Shown here in pieces: positions 41,178-54,778 of a DNA stretch of 64,000 bases. The translations under genes and the position numbers were made by a program. Position 1 is the stretch's first letter. Every line of letters begins with the position of its first letter. Where the stretch lies: positions 23,932,001 to 23,996,000 of the forward strand of contig NC_043020.1 in the NCBI RefSeq assembly GCF_006345805.1, written 5' to 3'. Source of the stretch: Octopus sinensis (Eukaryota). Under the pieces are notes generated by a model, which was not told where the DNA came from, searched no databases, and was given only the letters and a program-made list of their open reading frames with translations.

Positions 41178-41520
41178 CTAAAGCCTTGTGAGTGGATTTG
41201 GTAGAGGGAAACTGAATGAAGCTTCTCTCTCTCTCTATCTATCTATCTTTCTCTCTCTCTATATATATATATATACATATGTGTGTGTGTGTGTGTCTGT
41301 GTGTCTTTGTATATGTGCTTGTTCTCCAACTATCGCTTGACAACCAATGTTGGTGTGCTTACGTCCCTGTAATCTAGCGGTTGGGTCAAAGAATCGATAG
41401 AATAAGTACTACGCTTTATAAAAGGATTCCTGGGGTCGATTCATTCCCCAAAAATGCTTCAAGGCGATGCTCCAGCTTGGCCGCAGTCAAAAGGCTGAAA
41501 CAAGTAAAAGAATAAAAGAA
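41178..41520 (+). mobile_element. SINE family A, 5'-truncated
   Basis: AAAGCCTTGTGAGTGGATTTGGTAGA...CTGAAACAAGTAAAAGAA. Confidence 0.8.
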
Positions 41521-42718
41521 AAGGTATTCCAACTGTTGCAATCGTTCACTGAATTCAAGATTATAGTTTTGAAATTTGCGTGAACTTTGGCTGCTATTTC
41601 TAGCGGTTCACGTAGCCACGTTGGAGACCGCTTCCTGTATTCCGTTTTCTGCTCTTGTTCATTTTCTGTTGTTCGTGTTGTTGCTGATGGTGCTGTTGTT
41701 GACAATGATGACGTTGATGACGTTGATGATGATGTTGATGATGATGACGGTGATGATGATGATAATGATTAGGATGATGATGATATTTCTGCTTATGTCG
41801 ATGTTATTTCCGTTGTTCTTGTTATTATTGTTGCTTTTTATTTTGAGCTTGACGCTCGTCTTCATGTATTTTCTTCATAGCTCCGTTGCTGATAATGTTG
41901 TTTTGATTTGCTACATTGTTGTTCTTGTTATTGTTGTTGTTACTGTCATCATCATCATCATCATCATTATCATTATTACTATTATTGCTGTTGTTGTTGT
42001 TGTTTGTGTGTTGTCATTGTTATTATTGTTGCCGGCGTTTAACGATGTTTTCAATTTTGATTTTGATGCGGAGCTAGTTTCAATTAATTAAAACGAAACA
42101 TGAGAATTACAACAAAAACAACAACAGCGCAATTATAATGATAATAATAATGATGATGATGATGATGATGACGATGATGATGATTTATACACAAAAAAAT
42201 ATAAGCAAACGAAAAAAATTAAGAAAGACAAAAGAGAAAAATAGATAAATTAATAAATACAGGAACCAAACAAAGAAAGAGAAGAAGGAAATTTCGAATG
42301 GAAAGAGAAAAGAAAGTAAACATGAAAGAAGATGATAGGAAATGTGTGGAAGATTGAGTCAATAATGAGTCAGAATGAGGTGAATGAAAGAATAGAGAGA
42401 ATAATAAAAAGGAATAAAAATATTTTAAAAAATGGCGATTTAATGAAGCAAACGAGGGGAAAAAAAGTTTAAAATGAGAAATGAAAAAATATGCTTGTCA
42501 GAAAGGAAGGAGAAAAAGGAATATGAATGAATGAATAAATAAATGAGTGAATGAATGACTGAATGAACGAAGTTGTAATTGAAAAACAAAAGAAAATAAG
42601 AAAAAAAACGAGAATGAAAATCAGGAACATAAATTGGAATTCATTGCGTACACAAACACACACAGACAGACAGACAGACACACACACATACACACACACA
42701 CAGACAGACAGACAGACA

Positions 42719-42759
<41 letters not shown>

Positions 42760-42946
42760 AACTCTCAGATTCTCTGTCTGTCTGTCAGTCTGTCTCTCTC
42801 TATATATACACATACCCCACCACACACACTCAGGCACACAGCTCCCTCCCTCTCTCTTTCTATATACCCACATATAGGTGTATGTGTGTGCATATTTAAA
42901 AATATGCATACGTGTGTGTATTTATATGTATAAGTGTGTGTATGTG

Positions 42947-42992
<46 letters not shown>

Positions 42993-43326
42993 AAGAAAAT
43001 AAAGGGTGCACGTCTTTTTATGCGTATGTTTGTATGGATGTATATATATATGTGTGTGTCTATGTATATGCATCTATCTCTATGTGAGTGTGTGTATGTA
43101 TGTATATATGAAGGTTACTAGAAGGTGTGTGAAATTGTGTCATAAACAACAAGAATTTTCTGTTGAGAGTCAATGGCTTTAGTTTAGTCAAATTACTTTA
43201 CCATATTGGGTTGATTGGGACTTCCATTATGTTAGGAGTAGAAGAAATTGCTTAAGGTTCCTTCAGTCTCATTATACACAGTAAAACATGGTTGCAAAAG
43301 AGACACACACACGTATGTATATATAT

Positions 43327-43375
<49 letters not shown>

Positions 43376-43419
43376 GCGTGTATTATTTTTGTTAAGAAAA
43401 TTTGAAATGAGACAAAATC

Positions 43420-43795
43420 TTTTCTATTCTAGGCACAAGGCTCGAAAGTTTTGGGGGAGCAGCCAGTCGTTTAGATCGACCCTAGTATGCAACTGGTACT
43501 TAATTTATCGACCTCAAAAGGATGAAAGACGAAGTCGATCCCGGCGGAATTTGAACTCAGAACATAATGACAGACGAAATACCTATTTCTTTACTACCCA
43601 CAAGGGACTAAACACAGAGAGGACAAACAAGGACAGACAAACAGATTAAGTCGATTACATCGACCCCAGTGCATAGGATGAAGGATGAAATCCAAAGTCG
43701 ACCTCGGCGGAATTTGAACTCAGAACGTAACGGCAGACGAAATACGGCTACGCATTTCGCCCGGCGTGCTAACGTTTCTGCCAACTCATCGCCTT
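43420..43795 (-). mobile_element. Dimeric SINE family C
   Basis: Two family C units joined by the linker ATTTCTTTACTACCCACAAGGG...GGACAAACAAGGACAGAC; same structure at 56575. Confidence 0.8.
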
Positions 43796-44541
43796 CGAGA
43801 CAAGAAAATCTATTTGAAGACTGGTTAACTTTCAGCCGGGGACCATTACAACATGGCGAGTGGAGCATAAACATCATCAAGAACATAGCATCCCCTTCAC
43901 AGCACCACAAATGTACCACTGGTATATTATCACTACCGCCAACACCACCACCCACACTACCATCAGCATCACAACCACCACCATCAACGCCAGCGACAAT
44001 GCTAACACCACCACCACTAACACCACTACAGACAAGAACTACTACCTCCACAACAACAACAACACCATTTTCACTACCACCACCAACAACCCCCAGCACC
44101 ATCAACCAAATGCCACGTCCACCATCATCACCTCCACCACCACCACCACCATCAACATTATTATCGATAGCAACATTACCCCTACGACTACAAGGCGATC
44201 ACCACAACCACCACCAACAACAATAACACCAGTAATAACAGCAGAAACAACAAAACAAAAAAACATCACCGTCGATATTAGCAACTTTAATAAGAGAAGC
44301 AACAACAACAACAACTGAAGGTAAAGAACAGCATGAGGATCACAACATGACATTGTAAAGGAATTTTAATTATGATTCAACAGAACAAGCGCCGGAGGAT
44401 GTTTATGAGGTGATGTGTAGGGGGGAGTTGGGATTGAAACCTTCATTTTGCATTAGTCTTGTAAAGGATTGGGGAGGGCGGGGGACAAGAGAGAGATAAT
44501 CTGTGTGTGTGTGTGACAGAGAGAAGGAAAGATGTAAAGGT

Positions 44542-44578
<37 letters not shown>

Positions 44579-44829
44579 TGTTTTTGTAAGTGATAGAGAA
44601 AAAGAGAAAACGATATATATATAAATATACGTATATATATATATATATATATATACGTATATTTATATATATATATCGTTCTCTCTTTATATATATATAT
44701 ATATATATATATTTACGTACATACACATATATAGACATATATACACTTACATATGTATACGTATATATACATATATACATACATATATATATATATTCAT
44801 ATATATATGTATATATGTATATATATATA

Positions 44830-44899
<70 letters not shown>

Positions 44900-44973
44900 G
44901 TGTCTGTTCATGTGTGAAAGAGAGATGGGAAGGAGAGTATGTTTATGTGAGTGACTGAAAGAATGAGAGAACG

Positions 44974-45019
<46 letters not shown>

Positions 45020-45277
45020 TGTGTCTGTTATGTATGAGAGAAGAAAAAATGAGAAGTAGAGAGAGAGGGGCATGAGCGACAGAAGGATATTCAGAAAGAA
45101 AATGAGATAGTATGTGTGAATATGTGAGAGAGGGGGTGAGGGTTAGGGAGAAAGGGGTTGAGAGAAAGAAAAAGAAAACGAAAGGGAAGTAAAAGATTTT
45201 GAAAGAAGTCAACAATGACACACGTCACCTAAATTATCTTTATTTCCCTCAAATTTTAATAATAATGCTTTCTGATA

Positions 45278-45630
45278 AGGCGTCAAGCTGGCATAGACCT
45301 CGGCAAAATTTGACCTCGGCAAAATTTGAACCACGGCAAAATTTGAACGTAGCGATGGGTAGAATACTGCTAAGCATTTCGTCCCGCGTGCCAACAACTC
45401 TGTCAGCTCTCCCCTTTCGCTGCCTTAGCAATAATGATAATCCTTTCTACTATAGGTACAAGGCCGGGATTTTGTAGGGAGGGGGAGAATCGATCACATC
45501 GACCCCAGTACTCAACCGGTACTTAATTTATCGACCCCGGAAAGATGAAAGGCAAAGTTGACCTCGGATGAACTGTCACTAAGCCTTTCGCCTGGCGTGC
45601 TAACGACTCTGCCGTCTGGCCGCCTTAAAA
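45278..45630 (-). mobile_element. SINE family C copies
   Basis: ACCTCGGCAAAATTTGA repeated three times, then a further copy at 45440-45630. Confidence 0.7.
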
Positions 45631-45649
45631 ATAATGATAAAAATCTGCA

Positions 45650-45977
45650 GGTCGGCAGGTATTTATATTTTTCTTGATTTTAATTATTTCGTTGGTAAAA
45701 TTTTTACGCCTAAAAATTAATACACAGTATTAAAATATATTAAAAGAAAATACGTAACGTACCATAGATGAGTTTACAAAGAATCACAAATACTGTATGG
45801 AAAACAAAACTCGGGAGGCGAGTGTGTGGTATTATTTTGCATTTATAATAAAATAAATATATACAAATTATAAAAATGATTAAAAAATACAGTACAGTAC
45901 TGATTTTACTTCACGGATTTTCACCTATCGCGGGGGTTTTGGAACGTAACAAACGCGATAGTCGAGGGATTACCGTA
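45650..45977 (+). mobile_element. Tigger/pogo-like transposon right end
   Basis: GGATTTTCACCTATCGCGGG...GGAACGTAAC...CGCGATAGTCGAGGGATTACCG-TA. Confidence 0.65.
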
Positions 45978-46379
45978 TATATATATATATATATATATAT
46001 ATTGGTAAAACGGTAAGATAACAAAAGAAAGAAAGAGACCTCAATATTATGTAAATAGAGGAAATTTATCTATACAATAATATGTTACATTACTCAATAG
46101 TCAAGATAAAACTCTGCGTTTCAGATGCCGAAGTGGGAATCCTCGACATCTCTTCGGTTATCTGGCTATTTGAAAACGCTATGAAAAAATACCGTTATAC
46201 AAAGGGAAATTACTGTGTTATAACTCTGATTGCCTGCGTACTTATACATCGCTCGCATTTTTCGCCATAAAAATTATATAAAAATACATAAAAATACATA
46301 AAAATATATAAAAAATATATAAAAATATATAAAATCTTCTTGGGACATAACATAGAAAGCATGTTCTATCTGTTTTTTT

Positions 46380-47538
46380 TAGGGGACCAAAAACGTAACA
46401 GAAATTTAGTCACATGTGGGCATGATCCGAAAAGTTCTGTCCTTGTGTTTAGACATGTAGTAGGGTCTAAGCTGCTTTTCCAGATAAGCCATCTCTCCAT
46501 GTCGCATAGACCGCACCTTCCGCTGGGTTGGTATAGGGCTTACATCTGGCAAAAATCTTCCAATGTATGTTATAATCGACACCTTCATCTTTTAAAGACA
46601 AAATATGATTAGATAATTGTGTCGCTTTTCTTTTGTTCCAGTGCCTAAAGCTCAGTGTGGTTATTGAACCTGGCCTTGAAGTTACCCTCTGTAAGGCCCA
46701 CGTATCTCTTCGTCGAAACGGTGTCTTTAGTGGTTATAGAGTTTACGGTAGCTTCATATATGATGGTCTTGGACATGCAAGCTCCATTTAGCGGGCACAA
46801 TTCTTTATTCCTGCATGAACAGCTGTTTTCTTGTGTTTTTTGTATGTTATGTTTGATTATGTTTTTAAAATTGGTAGTGGAACTAAAACTAATTTTTAAA
46901 TTGTGTCTATTGAAGAGTTTCCTATAAGTATGGTTAACTGGAAAATGTCCGTCTATCAGTGCCAGGAAATATTTACCTATATTGAAGGCCACCTCGGGTG
47001 AGTAAGGGGGCATAAACCAGATGACCTTCCTATTTCTATTATTCCTTTTCCTTACTGGTGGGCTAGTAATGGGTGTATATTTTATTTTCTCGCTAAAACC
47101 ACTATCTTTTAAAGCCTTATAAACTGGGGCAACGCTATTGAAGATATCTCTATCAGAGGAGAGGCTAGAAATCCTCTTACTAATATTTTTAACTAAATTT
47201 TTGAATACTATAGGGGGATGGCATGAACCTACATTAATATAATTTAGTCTATTATTGGGCTTCCTATAAGACTTATAAATATTCTTATTAAGATCTAAGG
47301 AAACATCTAAGAAATTGACAGCCGTCAGGTTAGTATATATAGTTATACTAAGTCCGAAGTATTTCATTAACTGGATAATATCCTTCCTAAAACGATCTTG
47401 TGCTGGTCCATTTGTATTAGCTGTTAAGGCGAGGGCATCATCTTTGTAGATGGCGAAATGTACGTCAGGGAATGTCTTACCTAAGGTATCTAGGAGAAAA
47501 AGTCCAATTAGATCGCAGATGCCTGCCCCATCAGGCAA
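46380..47538 (-). pseudogene. PLE RT (motif 4 to thumb) + GIY-YIG endonuclease, truncated and frameshifted
   Basis: ORF 46645-47538: DGAGICDLIG, YKDDAL, NFLDV, YRKPN, CSCRNKELCPLNGAC, IIY...YVGLTE..FKARFNNH; continues out of frame IHWKI...KPY, CGLC...LNTRTELFGSCPH. Confidence 0.92.
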
Positions 47539-47604
47539 GCAGAGTTATAACACAGTAATTTCCCTTTGTATAACGGTATTTTTTCATAGCGTTTTGAAAT
47601 AGCC

Positions 47605-47664
47605 AGATAACCGAAGAGATGTCGTGGATTCCCACTTCGGCATCTGAAACGCAGAGTTTTATCT
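47605..47664 (+). ncRNA. Minimal type I hammerhead in pLTR (mirror copy on minus at ~46104-46163)
   Basis: AGATAA-CCGAAGA-GATGTCG...CGGCATC T-GAAAC GCAGA GTT-TTATCT; perfect stem I; CC instead of CU in the core. Confidence 0.65.
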
Positions 47665-47710
47665 TGACTATTGAGTAATGTAACATATTATTGTATATAT
47701 ATATATATAT

Positions 47711-48292
47711 CCTTTTTCCAGTGACGAAAAGTCACTGATCTCGAAAAGGTGTGGCTGATCTCGAAAAAGGCGTGGCTGTGTGGTAAGTAGCTTGCTAACC
47801 AACTACATGGTTCCGGGTTCAGTCCCACTGCGTGGCACCTTGGGCAAGTGTCTTCTGCTATAGCCCCGGGCCGACCAATGCCTTGTGAGTGGATTTAGTA
47901 GACGGAAACTGAAAGAAGCCTGTCGTATATATATATGTATGTGTGTTTGTTTGTGTGTCTGTGTTTGTCCCCCTAGCATTGCTTGACAACCGATGCTGGT
48001 GTGTTTACGTCCCCGTCACTTAGCGGTTCGGCAAAAGAGACCGATAGAATAAGTAGTGGGCTTACAAAGAATAAGTCCCGGGGTCGATTTGCTCGACTAA
48101 AGGCGGTGCTCCAGCATGGCCGCAGTCAAATGACTGAAACAAGCAAAAGAGCAAAAGAGCAAGAGCAAGCAATAATAATTCTCTGAGCGTATGTATGTAT
48201 ATACACACACTTCACGATGTCGTGCAGCTACTGCTTATACCTCGCTCAGAGATTTATTATTGCTTGTTTACACTTTTTCGAGATCAGTGACT
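47711..48292. mobile_element. Fold-back element with a SINE inserted in its left arm
   Basis: AGTCACTGATCTCGAAAAGGTGT (47730) + CAAGCAATAATAATTCTCTGAGCG (~48166) together pair with 48243-48292. Confidence 0.65.
47768..48165 (+). mobile_element. SINE family A, full length
   Basis: Complete head, CORE-like segment, internal (TA/TG)n and tail. Confidence 0.9.
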
Positions 48293-48344
48293 ATATATAT
48301 ATATTTGCATTGAGAACCACTTCCCATCGCAAGCTGGTGGTTGT

Positions 48345-48389
48345 CACACGCTGATGACGGGTCAATATCCAGAAACTCGGGTCCGTGTG
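48345..48389 (+). ncRNA. Minimal type I hammerhead ribozyme motif
   Basis: CACACG-CTGATGA-C GGGT CAAT ATCC A-GAAAC TCGG GTC-CGTGTG; perfect stem I, canonical core, GUC cleavage triplet. Confidence 0.8.
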
Positions 48390-48601
48390 TATCACGTCAA
48401 GCTGGAGAGGGGAACGATGACTTCCCTTTACAAATAATGACAGGGCACAGACAGTGTGTCGATAGCCAGCTGGAGGAGATGTCTTCCGGGAGCTACAAGC
48501 TGCAGTAGAATCAACCTTTAAGGGTTAGTCACATTTAAGTGGCAAATACACTTTAAGATATCGTGCAGCTACTGTTTATACCTCGCTCAGAGATTTACAT
48601 C

Positions 48602-48657
<56 letters not shown>

Positions 48658-49248
48658 ATAATAAGGAAAGGAGAGAAGAGAGAGGGAGAATGAATGCTAG
48701 AGAAAGATGCGTATATATACGACAAATTAAGTTATATATATATGTACACTTCATGCAAAAACTTCTCTGGTACAACTTTTAATTATAAATATTATTTATA
48801 AAACTTATATTATCACACATTGAAATACCCCAGCTGTTGTAAAAAGAGAACCTCTCAATTACCAATGTATCAGACAGTGAGATCGAATCTTGAAACCGTT
48901 AACTGCAAAACTGATCCATTGATGGACTCTTCAATGCATGGAATCAACCTGAAAAAAAAAGGAAAACGAAACATGGCTACCGAATTATTTGCTCTTAAAA
49001 GTTGATGTGTGATGGAACGAGAAAAAGAAAAAGAAATTCAGAGACTTAAAATGTAAAAGATATGAATTTTGAGTCCATTATGATATTGCAGGCGCAAATG
49101 TCATAAATATACGGAAGAAAATTACGAGAAATAATTTATTATATGAAGTTTGGGTGAGATTGAAAACGTAAGGGTTTACGGGAATTTTAAGTGCCAATTC
49201 AGATATTAAGGGCAAATGAAAGGTGTGAGATAAATGTTAAAAGCTATT

Positions 49249-49286
<38 letters not shown>

Positions 49287-50148
49287 ACATAGACAGAAAC
49301 TCAAATATATCCATACGTATATCTGTATGTACAACTATACACATGTAAATGTGTGTGTAAATATATATATATTTACATGTATTTGTATATATGTGTATAG
49401 TTATATATATATATACATACATACTTATATACATACACACATGCATACATACACACATGCATACATACATACATACATACATACATACATACATACACAT
49501 ATACATGCATATGTGTGCCTGAGCCAGTATATAAATACATGCACATACACATATATACATAGATATAAATTGCTAGTGTTTTAATTTAACAGAAACACAC
49601 GCAGACACACACACACACACATACATATACATGCCCAAACATACACACATGCGCACAGTTTATGCACATATATACACGCATTAGCATATATCCGTCAACA
49701 AATATTTTAAATCGTTTGCATAATAATCAGATTAGCCATGACTTAGCTCTGCCGTAATGTATATCAATAAAACTGTGACTCTACCTCTGCCACGTAACAT
49801 CCTTTCCCAGCATAATTTATCTTAAATGCAATTAAACTTCATTAAAATGCGTTGCGAGTTAATTTTTGTTGCCATTTAAATATTTTCTTATTTTGAAATC
49901 CTGCAACATTACTAAAAAAAAATTGAAATAAATAAACGAATGAATAAATAAAATAAAGTAAAATACGTTGCGAACGAGGTGTGTCTCCATTCGCATCGAT
50001 CTCACCGCGTTGATTCGTAAAGTGATTGATACAGTGGCCGCTTTATTTTTTTCTATTTTAATTAATAAAAGTTCTACTTTACGCCAAAAAAAGAAAGAAA
50101 CTGACGCAAGCATTTGCTACAACAGTAATAATAATAATAATAATAATA

Positions 50149-50192
<44 letters not shown>

Positions 50193-50842
50193 GATGTAAA
50201 ACAAAGAACAAATTCTTGCAAAAAAATTATTACGAAATAATTTAGACGAAAGAGAGAGATAAAAAAACCCCTAAAACGGTGCGAAATACGAGATGCGTTA
50301 AAAAAGGATTATATAAAACAAAAGGGTATATAAAACTAAATTCAGAATTTCTTGCCAGTCTTCTGTAAAACTGAAAGTGAAACTAAAAAGAGAATGAAAT
50401 AATTGAAATAAAACGAAAAAAGTCAATGAAGTTTGAAGAAATCACTTAGTTTTATGGAATCCCCGGCGGATCTCTGGATACGCTCGGATTCGGTTGAATG
50501 ATTCAAAGATTTTTAAAGAATATTTACTGCCAGCATACGCCTCTAATTTACATTTAATTTCAGTTTCTGCCAAAATTCCCTGCACTTCCGTCTGAACAGT
50601 AATTTCCTCTCGCTAATCCTCAATGTATTTGACTTTCTGGTCCGTCTCGGCCTTCGTATTCTCGTTCATTATATTTTATTTGTTTTTGATTTACTCGTTC
50701 TAAATCTAAAGATAAAACCATCTCTCTCTCTCTGTGAATGTATGTATGTATGTATGTATGTATGTATGTATGTATATGTCTATGTGAATATACGCATGTG
50801 TGCACACAGAAACATACATTGAATATATAAATGTGAGCACAT

Positions 50843-50882
<40 letters not shown>

Positions 50883-53259
50883 TATATATATATGTATACG
50901 TGTATGTGTGTGGAGAAAGAGAGAGAGAGAGAGTATATCAGTGACTCTATATCTATCCACCTCGCCACCTGCACAATAAGTTTGACATCTTGCATATAAT
51001 TACATCGAATTGATGACCATCTCATTTACCTTCATCTGCACCTTACCTTAATCTCTCACTCCTTTACTCTCTCTCTCTCTCTCTCTCTTATCCTCCCCAT
51101 GTCTTACTTCTGCTTTCGCTAATTCTTATCTCTTGTATTCACACCGTTTCTCTCTCAGTACATCTCCCTTACCGAATACATACAGAAGCTCTTTTTTTTT
51201 ATTTTTTAAAACACTGAAGTGACATTATCTGCCATCTTGCTTTCAATATCTTTTACTGTTAAGAAAAAAGAAAAACGAAAAGAAATGAAAAATAATAACA
51301 AATACCACCACCACTACCGTTTCCACTATCATTGCAAATACTACATGTAGTTTTAGTTGTAGTAGTATAAGGCACAAAGCCTGCAGTTTTAAAAGGAAGA
51401 CCTTTAATCGGTGCCAAAGATCCAGGTACTTGACTAACACTTTGTTTTCTCGGCCTCAAATGAGTGAAAGGCAAAATTGACCTTAATTCAGCGGGATTTG
51501 AACTCACGAAGCAGCAGCAGTAGTTGTAGTAGAAATATTGCCAATACCCTGTAGTCATTCCATTTGCCTACTCCCTATTCTCTCTCCTTTTCTCTCTCTC
51601 TTTTTCTCTCTCCTCCCCTAGTCTCCATTATCTCGCTTGCTCTCCTCTAAAATCAGATACAAATGAGTTCGTGATTTTTAACGTTTCTTCTAATGGCCGC
51701 CATTAACGAAATATGAGGTTTCCCCACCCCTGCCGTTCATTTATTTCTTTTATAACCTATGTCTGATGTTTACGTATTGTAAATTCAAAACAAACAACCA
51801 TATCAGTTACTAAATATTGCTTTCAAATTTTGGAACAAGGCCAGCAATTTCGAGGGAGGGGAGGGGTGTTAAGTCGATTACGTCGACCTCAGCACTCTAT
51901 TGCTATCTATTCTATCGATCATGAAAGGCTGAAGGGAAAAAACGATTGTGGCGGAATTTGAACTCAGGACATATCAGTTACTAAGTATTGAAACTTTCTT
52001 GTGTCTTTCGACCTACTTTATATAAACACGATTCTGATTTCTTTTGGAAATCACAGATTTCAATGCTAAAACTTACCATTGTTTAGCAATTGGAGTCCGA
52101 TGCTGATAGTGATACAACTACTCAGCCACAAAGTTAGGTATCATCATGATAGATTTGCTTAATCCCGAATTATTTTGACTGATAATCCAAGTAGCCAGGT
52201 TTCAACCTCGCAGTGCGAGGAAACTGTTCTGTACGCACTCGTGGAGGATCTCAGCCTTGCCCTCTTGCGGATTTATTTTGAACAGCTGTTGTTATGTGTA
52301 AGACGAATTCAGCAATCGGCTGAGTCCGCATTTAAGATGAATCCCGCTCTGCCATTCTTCGACAAGGCAAAACAGGCAGTGTTCTTCTGTCTTGTAGGCC
52401 TAGCGAAAGGGGTTGTGTGGTGGACGAGGCGGAAAGCATTGAGTACAGATACCTTCCTCTTTTGGAGGGGTCTCATCGAAACGAAAGTGAGAGTAGAGAC
52501 AAAAATGCTCTCCCGCGGTGAATTTATCAAAAAGTGGATATTACTGGGCAAAAATAAAGCGAATGGAACTCCTCCAATGCACATAGGACGCCTGCTTTAT
52601 TGGAGAACAACAACAGGAAAAAGGCTCAATATATTCATTACGTGTTTTCATATCAGGTGATAGTCCTTTTCTTGTGTTCTTGTCCTGTTGAAAGTTCTGT
52701 ATTTTTTCAGTTTCTGTTGTTGGGTTTTAGATGGTCTTCAAAGTTTTAAAGACAAAATGGACCTCTTTTATTTTTTTGTATCCACCTAAATATTTACCAT
52801 TCTCCAAATAATGATCGAGTTGACTCAAAACATAACCACATTCTTCCTTTCGTTAAAATGCTTTGGTATCTTGATATCTGGGATCCTTTCAGACAAGACC
52901 TTCATAAGACGTCATCGTTTCTGAAATGATTATGTTCCAAATTTTATTAAATTTGTGGTCAAACAGTCCGAAAAATTATAAACTTATCCACAGCATATTA
53001 TCTCAGATATTTTGTCAGGAAGAAGACACCTTATGACCTTTGACGATTAAACTGATCGAATCATAATGTTGTTAAATACAGAAAAATATTTTCCCCGAAA
53101 GAAATAATTTAATTGTCCAAAATCTTATCTTCTTAGCAGCAAATCCGATGTATTTAGATAACCAATAATTTCTTCGAAATAAATTATGTACCAGGGTTAA
53201 AGAGAGTGACAGAGGAAAAGAAGAAAAAGGTATAGGTAGTTGGTGCTGAAGAAATAAAT

Positions 53260-53640
53260 ATCTTTTGCGTGTTTTAGTCATTCGACTGCGGTCATGCTGG
53301 AACCTTGAAGAATTTTCAGTCGAATAAATCGATCGCAATTCTTTTTCTTTTTTAAAACCTGGTACTTAATCTAGTCGTCCCTTTTGCAAAAGCGCTAGCT
53401 TACAGAGACGGACATAAACACACCAACACTGGTATGTATGTGTGTATGATTGTATGTATCTATTTATCTATAAACAAATACGACGGGATTCTTTCAGTTT
53501 CCATTTATCAAATCCACTTTTTGATCCTACCAGATGTTATAGTAGAAGACACTTGCCCTTGGTACCAAGCTGTGGGACTGAACCCGGAACTATGTGGTTG
53601 GGAAGCAAGCTGTTGACCACACACCCACGCCTGCGCCTAA
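53260..53640 (-). mobile_element. SINE family A, diverged
   Basis: Reverse complement head at 53560-53640, tail at 53270. Confidence 0.75.
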
Positions 53641-54429
53641 ATATGGTTTGATTAGGTTAAGTGGCAGAAATATATTTGCAATTGCCAGTGTTGGTCTGCA
53701 TGAACTAACTTCGAAGCGTTTCCAGTTTATCAGAACCCATATTCCATCGAAGAGGGAATCGAATTGAGCTGAAACAGACATCTACAGCCATACAAGCAAG
53801 CAACTAATATCTGGTTTACAAAGATCCGTAATCACACAACTAATTCTGGCATTCTGTCAACGGAATTTCGCGTATGATTGATTAACTTGCAACATTGCAA
53901 ATTTCAAATGTTCGTTAAACAGACGAGAATGCTAAGAAAATTCCCTCGAAAAATCTTAAGGAATCTTTGAAATAAAGGTTTTACGCTTGGTAGAGAGACT
54001 TGGCTTTTGTGAAAGACCGAGGGAGTTCTCTACTCTGGCACTCAACTTGTGTGATATGGGGGTCTTTAATAAAATTCTGTCATTTAAATAAAATCGGGAA
54101 GATACATTGCAAAATGTTGAAGACCAACGTATACGAAAAGATGTGTTGTTCTTCACAAGCAAACCACGATGCCGTTACAAGGTTGTCAATTTGCAAAAAG
54201 GTAACTGAAAAAACTGACCTCAAATCACTCTTTGTTGTGAAGGTGGGAAGGTTTCTTTATGTCTGTCTAACCACACACAACCTGCAGTTAAAGAACAGCA
54301 ATACAACAACAACAATAAAAACTTTAAAGCCATCAGCGTAGAACAAAAATACAGATAGATGAAAATCACATCTCTAATTGTTGAATTCACCATAGAAAGC
54401 CTGGATTGGTTGCTGTTTCTATAAGATGA

Positions 54430-54508
<79 letters not shown>

Positions 54509-54680
54509 TGTATAGAGGGCATTATTACACATAAATGCCTCACACTAAGAGGGACAAACTCATTACTACCAAAATTACACTAATCATACCCAAATGCAGT
54601 TCTTCAAAGCAAGACATTTAAAAAATGAATTTAGTTCTGTATCACCGTGATTTCACATTTAACTTAATGTATATATATAC

Positions 54681-54778
<98 letters not shown>

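Larger units (their letters stand above)
46003..47697 (-). mobile_element. 5'-truncated PLE with 166-bp inverted pLTRs and 3' tail, inserted in (TA)n
   Basis: Arms 46071-46236 / 47532-47697 (about 3 mismatches by eye); tail 46003-46070; (TA)n on both sides. Confidence 0.92.

Noticed and set aside
43669-44318. Pro/Thr-rich mucin-like ORFs
   Set aside because: They begin inside a SINE and run through (CAC/CAA)n low-complexity sequence
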